Notes: generated by a model from the letters alone, not told the origin. 45,944 nt of DNA from an uncultured Bacilli bacterium (GCA_944368945.1 CALVXH010000002.1:1-45944), one strand, 5' to 3'. Positions 18,365 through 27,724 are shown, numbered from the stretch's first letter. Program-made: numbers and translations.

Positions 18365-18412
18365 TTATCCTAATAATAATAAGCTCTGTGGAAAATGTGG
18401 AAATGTGGAATA
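18365..18412. other. oriC part 2 (dnaA-dnaN spacer): three abutting DnaA boxes, GC spacer, TAA-trio run
   Basis: Plus-strand TGTGGAAAA (18387-18395), TGTGGAAAT (18396-18404) and TGTGGAATA (18404-18412) are the reverse complements of TTTTCCACA, ATTTCCACA and TATTCCACA. These are preceded by GCTC (18383-18386), TAATAATAATAA (18371-18382) and a near-box TTATCCTAA (18365-18373). Confidence 0.7.
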
Positions 18413-18435
18413 TCACATTTTAGAAATTAAAAAAG

Positions 18436-19794
18436 TTACGATTGCAGGCGCTTTTTTAATTCATCCACAACAGTCTTTAACTGTGTATCAGTTTTTAACA
18501 TTTCCTCCACTTTTTCAACACTATGCATGATAGTTGAGTGATCTCTTTTTGAAAATAATTCGCCGATTTTCTTGTAAGGGGTATTTAATAAAATTCTTAT
18601 AAGATAAATAGCAATGTGTCGAGCTGCTACAATGTTAGCAGTTTTAATTTTTCCAGTAATTTGAGTAACACTAAGATTGTAATAGTTAGCAATTGTATTT
18701 AGAACTTTTTGTTCAGTTATCTTTGATTTGGCATCGCTACAATCAACCATGCCTTTTAAAGCATCTAAAGCAATGTTTATGTCAATATGATCAGCCCTGT
18801 TAATAGAAGCATAAAAATTAAGTCTCATTAAGGCACCTTCTAAACTTCTAATAGAGTCTTTAAATTTGTCTGCTAAAAAGAAGATAACATCCTCATCATA
18901 ATTTTCTATATTATAACCACCACGAGTGATTTTCTTTTTTAATATTTCAATACAAGTATTTGTATCAGGTTTATAAACCGGAACTGATAATCCACTTGTA
19001 AAACGAGTAATTAATCTTGAATCTATGCCATCTAGTTCTCCAGGCAATTTATCACTAGTTAAAACAACTTGCTTGTGATTTTGACGAAAATGCTCGTAAA
19101 TGTTAAAGAAAAATTCTTGAGTTTTCTTTTTATCTTTAAGCATTTGGATGTCATCAATAAGGAAAACATCAAATCTTCTAATGAAATTTATAAGTTGCTC
19201 TCTTTTACTATCACTATTAACAAAATCAAGATATTCGTTAACAAAATCTTGGCTTGAGCATATCAAAATTTTCTTTTCTGGTGAAATATCTTTTATATAA
19301 TTAGCAATTGCATTTAATAAGTGAGTTTTGCCAAGTCCACTTCCGCCATAAATAAATAAAGTTTCATATAAGGTTCCAGGTGAAGTAGCAACGATTAAAC
19401 TAGCTTTATGAGCTTCTGTATTACTTGGACCGACAACGAAACTATCAAATGTATAATTTGGATCAATAAAGTTATTTGAGAAATATTCATGAGATGTGGA
19501 TAAATCATTTTTAGCTGGTGTTTCCACTTCGTTTGAATTTAAATAAAAGCGAACTGAATAGTTACTTGAAGTGCATTTTTCAACTGCTGATTCAACAAGA
19601 TTTAAATATTTTTGTTCAAGAACACTCTTAGTTAATTTTGATTCACAAATAACATTAATGACATTGTCTTTAACACTATCAATTTTTGTATTTTTAAAAA
19701 AAGCATCATATATTGTTTTATCGATTTCGTTCGATATATTCGATAAAACATTGTTCCGTAATGTATTAATTTCTGTAATTCCAACGTAATTCAT
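18436..19794 (-). CDS. dnaA: chromosomal replication initiator protein DnaA
   Basis: AAA+ GGSGLGKTHLL, Walker B LIDDIQ and C-terminal DNA-binding FSKRDHSTIMHS. Confidence 0.97.
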   Translation of the reverse strand: MNYVGITEINTLRNNVLSNISNEIDKTIYDAFFKNTKIDSVKDNVINVICESKLTKSVLEQKYLNLVESAVEKCTSSNYSVRFYLNSNEVETPAKNDLSTSHEYFSNNFIDPNYTFDSFVVGPSNTEAHKASLIVATSPGTLYETLFIYGGSGLGKTHLLNAIANYIKDISPEKKILICSSQDFVNEYLDFVNSDSKREQLINFIRRFDVFLIDDIQMLKDKKKTQEFFFNIYEHFRQNHKQVVLTSDKLPGELDGIDSRLITRFTSGLSVPVYKPDTNTCIEILKKKITRGGYNIENYDEDVIFFLADKFKDSIRSLEGALMRLNFYASINRADHIDINIALDALKGMVDCSDAKSKITEQKVLNTIANYYNLSVTQITGKIKTANIVAARHIAIYLIRILLNTPYKKIGELFSKRDHSTIMHSVEKVEEMLKTDTQLKTVVDELKKRLQS

Positions 19795-19866
19795 AATTTC
19801 TTATATTCCCTAAAAATTATATTCTAATTTGTGAACATTATAAACAATAAAAATAGTTATTTTTAT

Positions 19867-20066
19867 TTATCTACATTTGATAATGTTAAAAAGAAATGAT
19901 AGCATCGCAAGAAATAAAAGTTTTCCACAAAATTAGTGTGGAAAACATTGTGGAAAAAAGATTTCCATGTGGATTATGTGAATGAATGTGTAGAGTTTTC
20001 CACACGAAAAAAGTTATCTACATCCAAAAAATACGATGGTTAAGGCGCTTTTTGAAGATTTCTACA
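19867..20066. other. oriC part 1: DnaA-box cluster upstream of dnaA (between dnaA and rpmH)
   Basis: Boxes within 1-2 mismatches of TTATCCACA, in both orientations. TTATCTACA at 19867-19875 and 20014-20022. TTTTCCACA at 19921-19929 and 19996-20004. TGTGGAAAA at 19937-19945 and 19949-19957. TGTGGATTA at 19968-19976. ATTTCTACA at 20058-20066. Confidence 0.8.
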
Positions 20067-20156
20067 ATGTGAAAATAAGAAAGCCACACTAAGTGGACAC
20101 ATTTTGTTTGTCGAATAAATTTATAAATTATAGTAAACTTATAAAAGACAATTTAA

Positions 20157-20186
20157 TTGACTTATATGTATTTATACATATATAAT
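20157..20186 (+). promoter_or_regulatory. sigma-A-type promoter of rpmH-rnpA-yidC-jag
   Basis: TTGACT (20157-20162), 18-nt spacer, TATAAT (20181-20186). It lies 30 nt upstream of the rpmH ATG, with AGGAGG at 20202-20207. Confidence 0.6.
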
Positions 20187-20216
20187 TTCTTTTGCATATT
20201 TAGGAGGATTATATCT

Positions 20217-20360
20217 ATGAAAAGAACTTATCAACCTAGCAAATTACATAAAGCTAGAGTACATGGTTTTAGAGCAAGAATGGCTTCAGGACATGGAAGA
20301 AAAGTCTTAGCTTTAAGACGTAAAAAAGGAAGAAAATTCTTAACCGTTAGCAGTAAGTAA
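20217..20360 (+). CDS. rpmH: 50S ribosomal protein L34
   Basis: [22 protein letters not shown]...[14 protein letters not shown] is the canonical L34 sequence. The true start is ATG 20217 behind AGGAGG, not the track start at 20157. Confidence 0.95.
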   Translation: MKRTYQPSKLHKARVHGFRARMASGHGRKVLALRRKKGRKFLTVSSK

Positions 20361-20692
20361 TGAAAAAAGTTAATCGAGTAAAGAAATATCGTGAATTCAA
20401 AGTCATTATGAATTTGCGAAAATTTAAAAGAAATGAACTTTATTCAGTTTACTTTAAAGAAAAAGCACTTGAAGTTGGAAGAGTTGGAATTCTAGTTACA
20501 AAAAGAAACGGAAACGCTGTTACAAGAGTAAAAATCAAAAGACAAGTTAGATCCATTATCGATGAAGCGTTAGATTTAAAAAACGAAAAGTACGATTATA
20601 TTGTTGCAATTAGTAAAAATTATTCCATTGATGAATTTGTAAAGAATAAAACTTTACTCGTGAAACTATTAAACTCTATTAAGGAGAAATAA
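20360..20692 (+). CDS. rnpA: ribonuclease P protein component
   Basis: 110 aa, basic, with the RNR-like motif KRNGNAVTRVKIKRQVR. TAATG overlap with rpmH. Confidence 0.9.
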   Translation: MKKVNRVKKYREFKVIMNLRKFKRNELYSVYFKEKALEVGRVGILVTKRNGNAVTRVKIKRQVRSIIDEALDLKNEKYDYIVAISKNYSIDEFVKNKTLLVKLLNSIKEK

Positions 20693-22507
20693 ATGGAGAA
20701 AAAGAAAAAAAGAATATTTGGTCTTTTTATTGTTCTTGGAGGAGCAGTTCTTCTTTCAAGCTGTAATTCTTTTTGCTCTGATGTTGATAAAAGTAATTAT
20801 TTGTATAGTTTAGACCCAATTAACACTACTTTCTTTGATAGTGTTGAACATGGTGAAGACTATATTAAATCCACTTTTGCTAAACAATCTAATTTTGATA
20901 CTTCAAAAGAGTTAGATTTATCAGATGTTAGAATTAAAAAGTTAAATGAAGAGACAAATACCATTGAAGAAGTAAGTTATGATGCTAATTTAGTATTTGA
21001 AAAAGTTAATGATGGATTATATAAAATTAATCCTGTTGACATGGTTGCTAAAAGTGCATCAAAAGCAGATAGTAATAACAATAGATCAGATATTACTTAT
21101 ACATTTGGTTTAAATGATTTTACTAAATCGTTAATAGCAAATGCTCAGGCTAGTGGAATTATTGCCCCAACTTACGAATATTTTAAAGCAATTGATGAAA
21201 AGACTCTTGAAGTAATGGAATCAAATGCAAAAGATTATAGTTGGTTATCTGGAATTACATTGGAAAATATCACATACAATCAAATGTATGGTTATTCATA
21301 CACTGACTTAGAAGAATTTAGAAAGGATGAATCAAATAAAGAATTACTTGATTTAATGCTTGAAGGTGATATTCAAAATGGAGTACCTAGTAGTACAAAC
21401 CCAGGAAGAAATTACAGCTTCCTTGTTACACTTGGACATGTCAAATTTTATAACGCTGACGAACCAACAAGTTACTATTCTACTGTTAAGCAATGGACAG
21501 ATGAATTAGTTAAAGAGGGTGTAATTACTGGCAACGATATTCCATCAATAAATTTCCAAAATTATTACGAGCAAACTCTTAATTCAAAAGTTAGTACATT
21601 TAAGACTTGTATTACTGTAGATGATGGATTCTATGGGCATATTAGCAATGATCCACTTAACGATACTATTTTAATTCAAGGAAAAGCTGAAAACTTCTAT
21701 GAAGGATGGGGAAAAGCGTTCTCTGAGCATGGTTTCTTGGAAGGCTTGCTTGTTTATCCAATTGGAACTTTAGTTGAAAATCTTTCACACGCATTTGGCA
21801 TGAATGGTTATGGTCAAATTGGAGCTGTTTTAATAACAACAATGATTGTTAGATTGTTATTTATGCTCATCACTTTACCATCTACTTTAAGTCAACAAAA
21901 GATGACATTTATTCAACCAGAGCTCACAAAAATCCAACAAAAATATCCAAATGCAAACACCAACCAATATGAAAAGCAAAAGTTGGCACAAGCTCAAATG
22001 GCTTTATATAAGAAGTATAAAATACATCCATTTGGATCAATTATTGTTATTTGTATTCAATTCCCATTATTTATTTCTGTTTGGAATGCGTTCAGTGGAA
22101 GTGCTTCACTTTCAAGAGATGCTGTTTTAGGTTTAAGACTAAGCGACACAATTTGGAGCGCCTTAACTAATTTTAGTGGATGGCCAAGTACTCCAGGTTG
22201 GTGGACTGCACTTGTTCTTATTATATTAATGAGTGCTGGACAAATTATGTCTATGTTTATTCCACAATGGTTGAATAAAAAGAGAACAAAGAATGTAACT
22301 AAGGTTGGTGTTAACCCTGCTTTAGATAAACAAAATAAAACCATGAAAATTACCTCATGGGTTATGACTATTATGATTATTCTTATGGGCTTCACTTTAC
22401 CAAGCGCTTTAGGCGTTTACTGGTTAGCTGGTGCTATATTCAGTATAATTCAATCATTGATTATGCATTTTGTTTTTGTTAAGAAAGCAAAGAAAGGTAA
22501 ATTATGA
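20693..22507 (+). CDS. yidC: membrane protein insertase YidC, lipoprotein form with ~320-aa N-terminal extracytoplasmic domain
   Basis: Signal peptide with lipobox LLSSC (Cys24). The C-terminal ~250 aa carry the YidC/Oxa1 core (GAVLITTMIVRLLFMLITLPSTLSQQKM...QPELTKIQQKY...HPFGS...PLFISVW). AAGGAG lies upstream. Confidence 0.9.
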   Translation: MEKKKKRIFGLFIVLGGAVLLSSCNSFCSDVDKSNYLYSLDPINTTFFDSVEHGEDYIKSTFAKQSNFDTSKELDLSDVRIKKLNEETNTIEEVSYDANLVFEKVNDGLYKINPVDMVAKSASKADSNNNRSDITYTFGLNDFTKSLIANAQASGIIAPTYEYFKAIDEKTLEVMESNAKDYSWLSGITLENITYNQMYGYSYTDLEEFRKDESNKELLDLMLEGDIQNGVPSSTNPGRNYSFLVTLGHVKFYNADEPTSYYSTVKQWTDELVKEGVITGNDIPSINFQNYYEQTLNSKVSTFKTCITVDDGFYGHISNDPLNDTILIQGKAENFYEGWGKAFSEHGFLEGLLVYPIGTLVENLSHAFGMNGYGQIGAVLITTMIVRLLFMLITLPSTLSQQKMTFIQPELTKIQQKYPNANTNQYEKQKLAQAQMALYKKYKIHPFGSIIVICIQFPLFISVWNAFSGSASLSRDAVLGLRLSDTIWSALTNFSGWPSTPGWWTALVLIILMSAGQIMSMFIPQWLNKKRTKNVTKVGVNPALDKQNKTMKITSWVMTIMIILMGFTLPSALGVYWLAGAIFSIIQSLIMHFVFVKKAKKGKL

Positions 22508-23172
22508 GAAAATATACCAAAAAAACATTAGAAGAATGTTTAAATGAAGCAAGTAAAGAACTTGGTGTTGATGTAAAAGATTTGATTTATACCATAGATG
22601 AAGAGAAAAAAGGACTTTTCTCTAAAAAAGTTACTATTTCTGTTCAAGAAACCGAAGATGTTATTGAATTTGCTGAAAATTATATTAAAGATGTTTGCCA
22701 TGCTTTAGGATTAGATGCAAGTTTAAAGACATTCTATAGAGATGATATTATTAAGATTTTAATCGAAACAAATCATAACTCAGTTTTAATTGGTAAAAAT
22801 GGTGCTTCACTTCAATCATTAAATGAATTAACAAAACTTGCTGTATCAACAAAGTTTAAAAAGAAGTTCAAAATCCTTTTGGATATTGGAGATTATAAAG
22901 ATAAAAAATACTTTAGAGTTATCTCTATAGCAAAAAAGACTGCAAAAGAAGTCTTAAAAACTCATATTGATACAATGCTTGACCCAATGACACCTGACGA
23001 AAGAAAGAAAGTTCATAACGCTCTCTCTACATGGAAAAATATTAAAACTGAATCAATTGGTGATGGCAAAAATAGAAGAATAGTTGTTAAATATGTTCCA
23101 ACAAACACAACTACTTCTACTGCTGAAATATCTACCACTGAAAATGACGAAACTACTAGTGAATCTAACTAG
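22504..23172 (+). CDS. jag: Jag/KhpB RNA-binding protein (Jag_N, KH, R3H)
   Basis: Conserved yidC-jag pairing; KH-like LIGKNGASLQSLNELTK and R3H-like C-terminus (PMTPDERKKVHNAL). Confidence 0.88.
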   Translation: MRKYTKKTLEECLNEASKELGVDVKDLIYTIDEEKKGLFSKKVTISVQETEDVIEFAENYIKDVCHALGLDASLKTFYRDDIIKILIETNHNSVLIGKNGASLQSLNELTKLAVSTKFKKKFKILLDIGDYKDKKYFRVISIAKKTAKEVLKTHIDTMLDPMTPDERKKVHNALSTWKNIKTESIGDGKNRRIVVKYVPTNTTTSTAEISTTENDETTSESN

Positions 23173-23215
23173 TAGTTTTCTTTATTTTTGAAAAAAAATA
23201 TATATAATATATTGT

Positions 23216-24541
23216 ATGTTCGAAACAATTGTTGCCTTAGCTACTGCTCCTATTAAGAGCGCTTTATCTATCGTTAGACTTAGTGGTGACGATTGTTTTT
23301 TTATTGTAAACAAAATGTTTACAAAGGATATTTCTAAAATTGAAAAATCAACTATCTTTTACGGCTATATTAAAGATGGAGATATCATAGTTGATGAAGT
23401 AATTCTCCTAGCTTATAAAGGCCCACACTCTTTTACTAGTGAAGATAGCGCAGAGATTATTTGTCATGGATCACCACTTATTTTTAATAAAATAATTGAA
23501 GTAGCTTTGAAAAACGGAGCTAGACTTGCTACAGGCGGAGAGTATTCTAGTAGAGCCTATATGCATGGTAAATTGGATTTAATACAAGCTGAATCAATTA
23601 ATGATCTTATAAATGCAGAAAGTGAAGAAAGCAAAAAAATATCTTTGATGGCTTTACGCGGTGAGACAAGCAAGTTAATTTTACCTTTAAAGAAAGATTT
23701 AGGTGATTTGCTAAGTTTAATTGAAGTCAACATCGATTACCCAGAGTATTTAGATATCGAGATTGCTAATCATCAAAAGATTATAGACTTCTGTACTAAA
23801 AATATTTCTTATATTAATTCTTTGATTGAAAACGGAAATAAAGGAAGAATTATTAAAGATGGCATCTCAATTGCTATTGTTGGAAAACCTAATGTTGGTA
23901 AGTCCTCTATTTTAAATGCTTTACTTAATGAAGATAAAGCAATTGTTACTAATATTAAAGGCACAACGAGAGATATCGTTGAAGGAAAATTAATAATTAA
24001 TGGCATTGTTATAAATCTTTTTGATACTGCAGGTATTAGAGAAAGTGATGATATCGTTGAAGGAATTGGAATAAAAAAGAGCGTCGAAAAATTAGAAAAA
24101 AGCGATTTAGTAATTGCTGTTTTTGATAGTTTAAATTTTGATGAAGAAGACAAAGAAATTTTAAAACTTGTAAAAAATAAAGATACAATCGTTGTTTTTA
24201 ATAAGTCAGATATTTTGGAAAATAAAGATAATACGCACTTATTTATAAGTGCTCTTAATAAAGATATAGAACCATTAAAAGAAGAAATTATTAAGCGCCT
24301 TGGACTTTCTAAAAAGAATTATGATAATCCTTCTATCGCTAACACAAGAGAACTTGGTATTTTGGAAAATATAAAGGAAATTTTAGAAAATGTTTTGATT
24401 GATACAAAGAACGAACTTCCAATCGATTTAATAAATAGCAAGTTAAAAGAAGCGTATTTAAAAGTCTTATCATTAACCGGAGAGGATAATGATTTTGATA
24501 TAGCTAAAGAAATTTTCTCAAGATTTTGCGTTGGTAAGTAG
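23216..24541 (+). CDS. mnmE: tRNA modification GTPase MnmE
   Basis: N-terminal TIVALATAP...SIVRLSG, G1 GKPNVGKSS, G3 DTAG and C-terminal FCVGK. Confidence 0.95.
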   Translation: MFETIVALATAPIKSALSIVRLSGDDCFFIVNKMFTKDISKIEKSTIFYGYIKDGDIIVDEVILLAYKGPHSFTSEDSAEIICHGSPLIFNKIIEVALKNGARLATGGEYSSRAYMHGKLDLIQAESINDLINAESEESKKISLMALRGETSKLILPLKKDLGDLLSLIEVNIDYPEYLDIEIANHQKIIDFCTKNISYINSLIENGNKGRIIKDGISIAIVGKPNVGKSSILNALLNEDKAIVTNIKGTTRDIVEGKLIINGIVINLFDTAGIRESDDIVEGIGIKKSVEKLEKSDLVIAVFDSLNFDEEDKEILKLVKNKDTIVVFNKSDILENKDNTHLFISALNKDIEPLKEEIIKRLGLSKKNYDNPSIANTRELGILENIKEILENVLIDTKNELPIDLINSKLKEAYLKVLSLTGEDNDFDIAKEIFSRFCVGK

Positions 24542-24542
24542 T

Positions 24543-25346
24543 ATGATTTTTGATACCCATATTCATTTAAATGAAGAGAGACTTTTAGCAAATTTGGATC
24601 ATTTTTTAGATGAAGCCAAATCCAATGGTGTTAATAAATTTTTATGTGTTGGTTGGGATTTAGATAGTTCTAAAAAAGCTGTAGAATTGGCAAATAAATA
24701 TAAAGAAATTTATGCTGCTATTGGTGTAATACCAACAGAACATAAACAATATGTTTTAAAAGACAGTCAAAATAATAAGCCTACAATCGATGAAATTCGT
24801 AATTTATTTAAAAATTCTGAAAAAATTGTAGCAATTGGCGAAATTGGATTAGACTACTATCGGGAGAAAGATCAAGACATTAAAGATAAGCAAAAAAGAA
24901 TGTTTATTGAACACATTGATTTAGCTAATGAACTTAATCTACCTGTATCAATTCATGCGCGAGATTCGCTGCAAGATACACTTAATTTATTAAAAGAACA
25001 CCCTGTAAAAAGAGGCGGGATTATGCATTGCTATTCTGGTAGCAAAGAAATGGCGAAAGAGTTTATTAAATTAGGCTTCTTTATTGCTTTTGGCGGAGTC
25101 CTTACTTTCAAAAATAGTAAAGAAAGCAAAGAAGTTTTAAAAACTATCCCACTAGATAGAATAGTATTTGAAACAGACGCCCCTTATTTAGCCCCTACCC
25201 CATATAGAGGAAAGATAAATGAGCCTAAGTATATTTTTAATACAGTAGAGTTTGCTAGTACTTTATTAGACATAGACTTAGGAAAACTGCAAGAAATAAC
25301 TTTTGAAAATTCTTTAAAAATTTTACACGTGAAAAATGAAAATTAG
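24543..25346 (+). CDS. tatD: TatD-family metal-dependent DNase/hydrolase (YabD)
   Basis: MIFDTHIHLN..., EIGLDY, SIHARD, HCYSG, ETDAPYL. ATG 24543 is preferred over the track's TTG at 24531, which overlaps mnmE. Confidence 0.88.
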   Translation: MIFDTHIHLNEERLLANLDHFLDEAKSNGVNKFLCVGWDLDSSKKAVELANKYKEIYAAIGVIPTEHKQYVLKDSQNNKPTIDEIRNLFKNSEKIVAIGEIGLDYYREKDQDIKDKQKRMFIEHIDLANELNLPVSIHARDSLQDTLNLLKEHPVKRGGIMHCYSGSKEMAKEFIKLGFFIAFGGVLTFKNSKESKEVLKTIPLDRIVFETDAPYLAPTPYRGKINEPKYIFNTVEFASTLLDIDLGKLQEITFENSLKILHVKNEN

Positions 25347-25884
25347 TACTAATTATTTAATTGTTGTTGAAGGAAAAACAGATATAGATTTTTTATCTAC
25401 TTTTTTAGATGCGAAGTTTTACAAAGTCAATGGATCTGCAGTCTCTAAAAACGACATTGAATTTTTAAAAAAAGCGAAAAGTTCTCATGAGATCGTTGTT
25501 TTGACTGACCCAGATTTTCCAGGAATGAAGATAAGAAATTATTTAAATAGTGAAATTGATGGTCTAAAAAACGCTTATGTTAGAAAAGAATATTCAATTA
25601 AAAATCACAAAGTTGGTGTTGCAGAATCAACAAAAGAAGAGGTAATAAGAGCGTTAAAAAACACAATAACTTTCAATAAAAATGTATGTTCAAATAATAT
25701 AAGTGTAGAAGATCTATTTGAACTTGGGCTATTAGGAAGAAGTAACTCCTCTACTTTAAGAAAAAAAGTGGCTGATGATTTATTTCTTGGCTATTGCAAC
25801 GCTAAATCTTTTTTAAAGAAGGTAAATATGTTAAATATAAGTAAAGAACAAATTAAGGAGTTAATAAATGCTAAAAGCAAATGA
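25336..25884 (+). CDS. rnmV: ribonuclease M5 (Toprim)
   Basis: IVVEGKTDIDFL and VLTDPDFPGMKIRN Toprim motifs; conserved tatD-rnmV-rsmA order. Confidence 0.9.
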   Translation: MKISTNYLIVVEGKTDIDFLSTFLDAKFYKVNGSAVSKNDIEFLKKAKSSHEIVVLTDPDFPGMKIRNYLNSEIDGLKNAYVRKEYSIKNHKVGVAESTKEEVIRALKNTITFNKNVCSNNISVEDLFELGLLGRSNSSTLRKKVADDLFLGYCNAKSFLKKVNMLNISKEQIKELINAKSK

Positions 25885-26686
25885 GATTATTGATTTTTTT
25901 AAACTTGAAAACTCTCACGCTAAAAAGGAACTAGGTCAGAATTTTTTAATTAATGAGAAAGTGGCTAACGATATTGTTAATGCATTAGATATTAAAGACT
26001 CTGATTATGTTTTGGAAATTGGCCCAGGTCTTGGTGCTCTATCTGAAATTATTTTTAAACAAACAAAAAACTATGTAGCAGTAGAGTATGATCAAAAATT
26101 TGTTAATTATTTAAATAAAGTTTTTGAGAACTCTAATGTGAGAATTGTCAAAAACAATGTTCTTAAATTTAAAGAGTTTACTTTTAATAAAATTATTGGA
26201 AACTTACCATACTATTTAACTAGTGACATTGTAGAGTATGTAGCTTTAAATTTTACAAATATAGAAAAAGCAGTGTTTATGGTCCAAAAAGAGTGTTTAA
26301 AAAGATTTACTGCAAAGAGTGGAAAAGACTATAACTCATTAAATGTTTTAATATTATATCTATATGATGTAGAGGAATTATTTAAAGTAACAAAAGAAAA
26401 TTTCTTTCCAGCACCAAATGTTGAATCATTGGTTTTCTCTATGACTCCAAGAAAGAATATTAATCGTGATCTTGCTAAAAAGATATATAAAGTAGCTAAG
26501 ATTTGTTTCTCAAATAGAAGAAAAACTATTTTAAATAATTTGAATACAATCGCAAAAAATAAAAGTATAATTAGTGAAAGCTTATTAGAATGTAATTTAA
26601 AAGATTCTACTAGAGCTGAAGAATTAGATATTAATGATTTTGAAAAATTAACTTTAACTTTAATTAATAAAAACGTTATTAAATGA
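25868..26686 (+). CDS. rsmA: 16S rRNA (adenine1518/1519-N6)-dimethyltransferase
   Basis: LGQNFLINEKV, SAM motif LEIGPGLGALS, NLPYY. Confidence 0.93.
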   Translation: MLKANEIIDFFKLENSHAKKELGQNFLINEKVANDIVNALDIKDSDYVLEIGPGLGALSEIIFKQTKNYVAVEYDQKFVNYLNKVFENSNVRIVKNNVLKFKEFTFNKIIGNLPYYLTSDIVEYVALNFTNIEKAVFMVQKECLKRFTAKSGKDYNSLNVLILYLYDVEELFKVTKENFFPAPNVESLVFSMTPRKNINRDLAKKIYKVAKICFSNRRKTILNNLNTIAKNKSIISESLLECNLKDSTRAEELDINDFEKLTLTLINKNVIK

Positions 26687-26697
26687 GGGAATGACTT

Positions 26698-27567
26698 ATG
26701 ATTGAAAAAGCATATGCAAAAATTAATTTATCTTTAAATATAAAAGATAAAAGAGAAGATGGATATCATGATTTAGAATCGATCATGTTGCCAATTGAGT
26801 TGCACGATACAATAGATATTACAATAGAAAAAAGTCAAAAAGACGATTTCGTTGTTTGCGATGACTATTCAGTAAAAATTACTAAATATAATTTAGTTCA
26901 CAGAATTATTGATGCAGCAAGAAAAGAGTTCGGTTTTGCGGAGAAATTATCTGTAAATATACATAAAAATATATTTTTACAAGCTGGATTAGGTGGTGGA
27001 AGCGCGGATGCCGGTGCTGTATTAAGAGCAATTTTAAAGTTATTTAAAATAAAAGCTACTAAAGAGCAATTAATTAAAATTGGAATCGAAATTGGCAGTG
27101 ATGTACCATGGGCAATTTTCTCTGAACCAACAGTTTTAAGAAAGAAAGGCGAAGTCCTAGAATTTTTTGATCATGTTGCACCGTTTTATATTTTATTAGT
27201 CAAACCAGTTGATGGATTATCTACTCCAGAAGTCTTTGCTGAATCAGATAAGATGGAAAACGAATTAGTTCATGGAAACATAGATGAAGTCTTAAAAGCA
27301 TATAAAGAAAACGATATAGAAGGACTTGAAAAGACTATATTTAATACACTTCAAAAACCAGCTATTGCTTTATTACCAGAGGTTGAAAATGTAATTAACC
27401 AACTAAAAAACGATGGATTTAATTGCGTTATGATGAGCGGTGCTGGAAGTTGTGTTTTTGGCTTTACAACAAATAAAAAGTTATTAAAGGCATCAGAAAA
27501 GAAATATGCTTTATTAGGTTATCAAGTCGAAGCAACTAAATTTTTGAGTGAAAAACCATCATTTTAA
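26698..27567 (+). CDS. ispE: 4-diphosphocytidyl-2-C-methyl-D-erythritol kinase (MEP pathway)
   Basis: KAYAKINLSLNI..R.DGYHDLESIM and GHMP motif GLGGGSADAGAVL. Confidence 0.9.
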   Translation: MIEKAYAKINLSLNIKDKREDGYHDLESIMLPIELHDTIDITIEKSQKDDFVVCDDYSVKITKYNLVHRIIDAARKEFGFAEKLSVNIHKNIFLQAGLGGGSADAGAVLRAILKLFKIKATKEQLIKIGIEIGSDVPWAIFSEPTVLRKKGEVLEFFDHVAPFYILLVKPVDGLSTPEVFAESDKMENELVHGNIDEVLKAYKENDIEGLEKTIFNTLQKPAIALLPEVENVINQLKNDGFNCVMMSGAGSCVFGFTTNKKLLKASEKKYALLGYQVEATKFLSEKPSF

Positions 27568-27599
27568 TTAAAAACACTGCAAAATTTGTATATTTTGAT

Positions 27600-27620
27600 T
27601 CCTCTTATAGAGGATTTTTT
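27600..27620 (+). terminator. rho-independent terminator after ispE
   Basis: TCCTC (27600-27604) / GAGGA (27610-27614) with a 5-nt loop, followed by T6 (27615-27620). Confidence 0.65.
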
Positions 27621-27698
27621 ATTATAAATTAAAAAATGTCCTATAAAATATAAAAAGGATTTAAATTTTTATTTTTAATTAGATTTTTTAGAAATAAT

Positions 27699-27724
27699 AA
27701 AAACTCCTTCCATTGCGGAAGGAG
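27699..27724 (-). terminator. rho-independent terminator after ppdK
   Basis: CTCCTTCC (27704-27711) / GGAAGGAG (27717-27724) with a 5-nt loop. On the minus strand it is followed by U5 (27703-27699). Confidence 0.75.

Noticed and set aside
20157-20216. 20-codon N-terminal extension of rpmH in the ORF track
   Set aside because: The extension covers the TTGACT/TATAAT promoter and the AGGAGG SD. L34 universally starts MKRTYQP.
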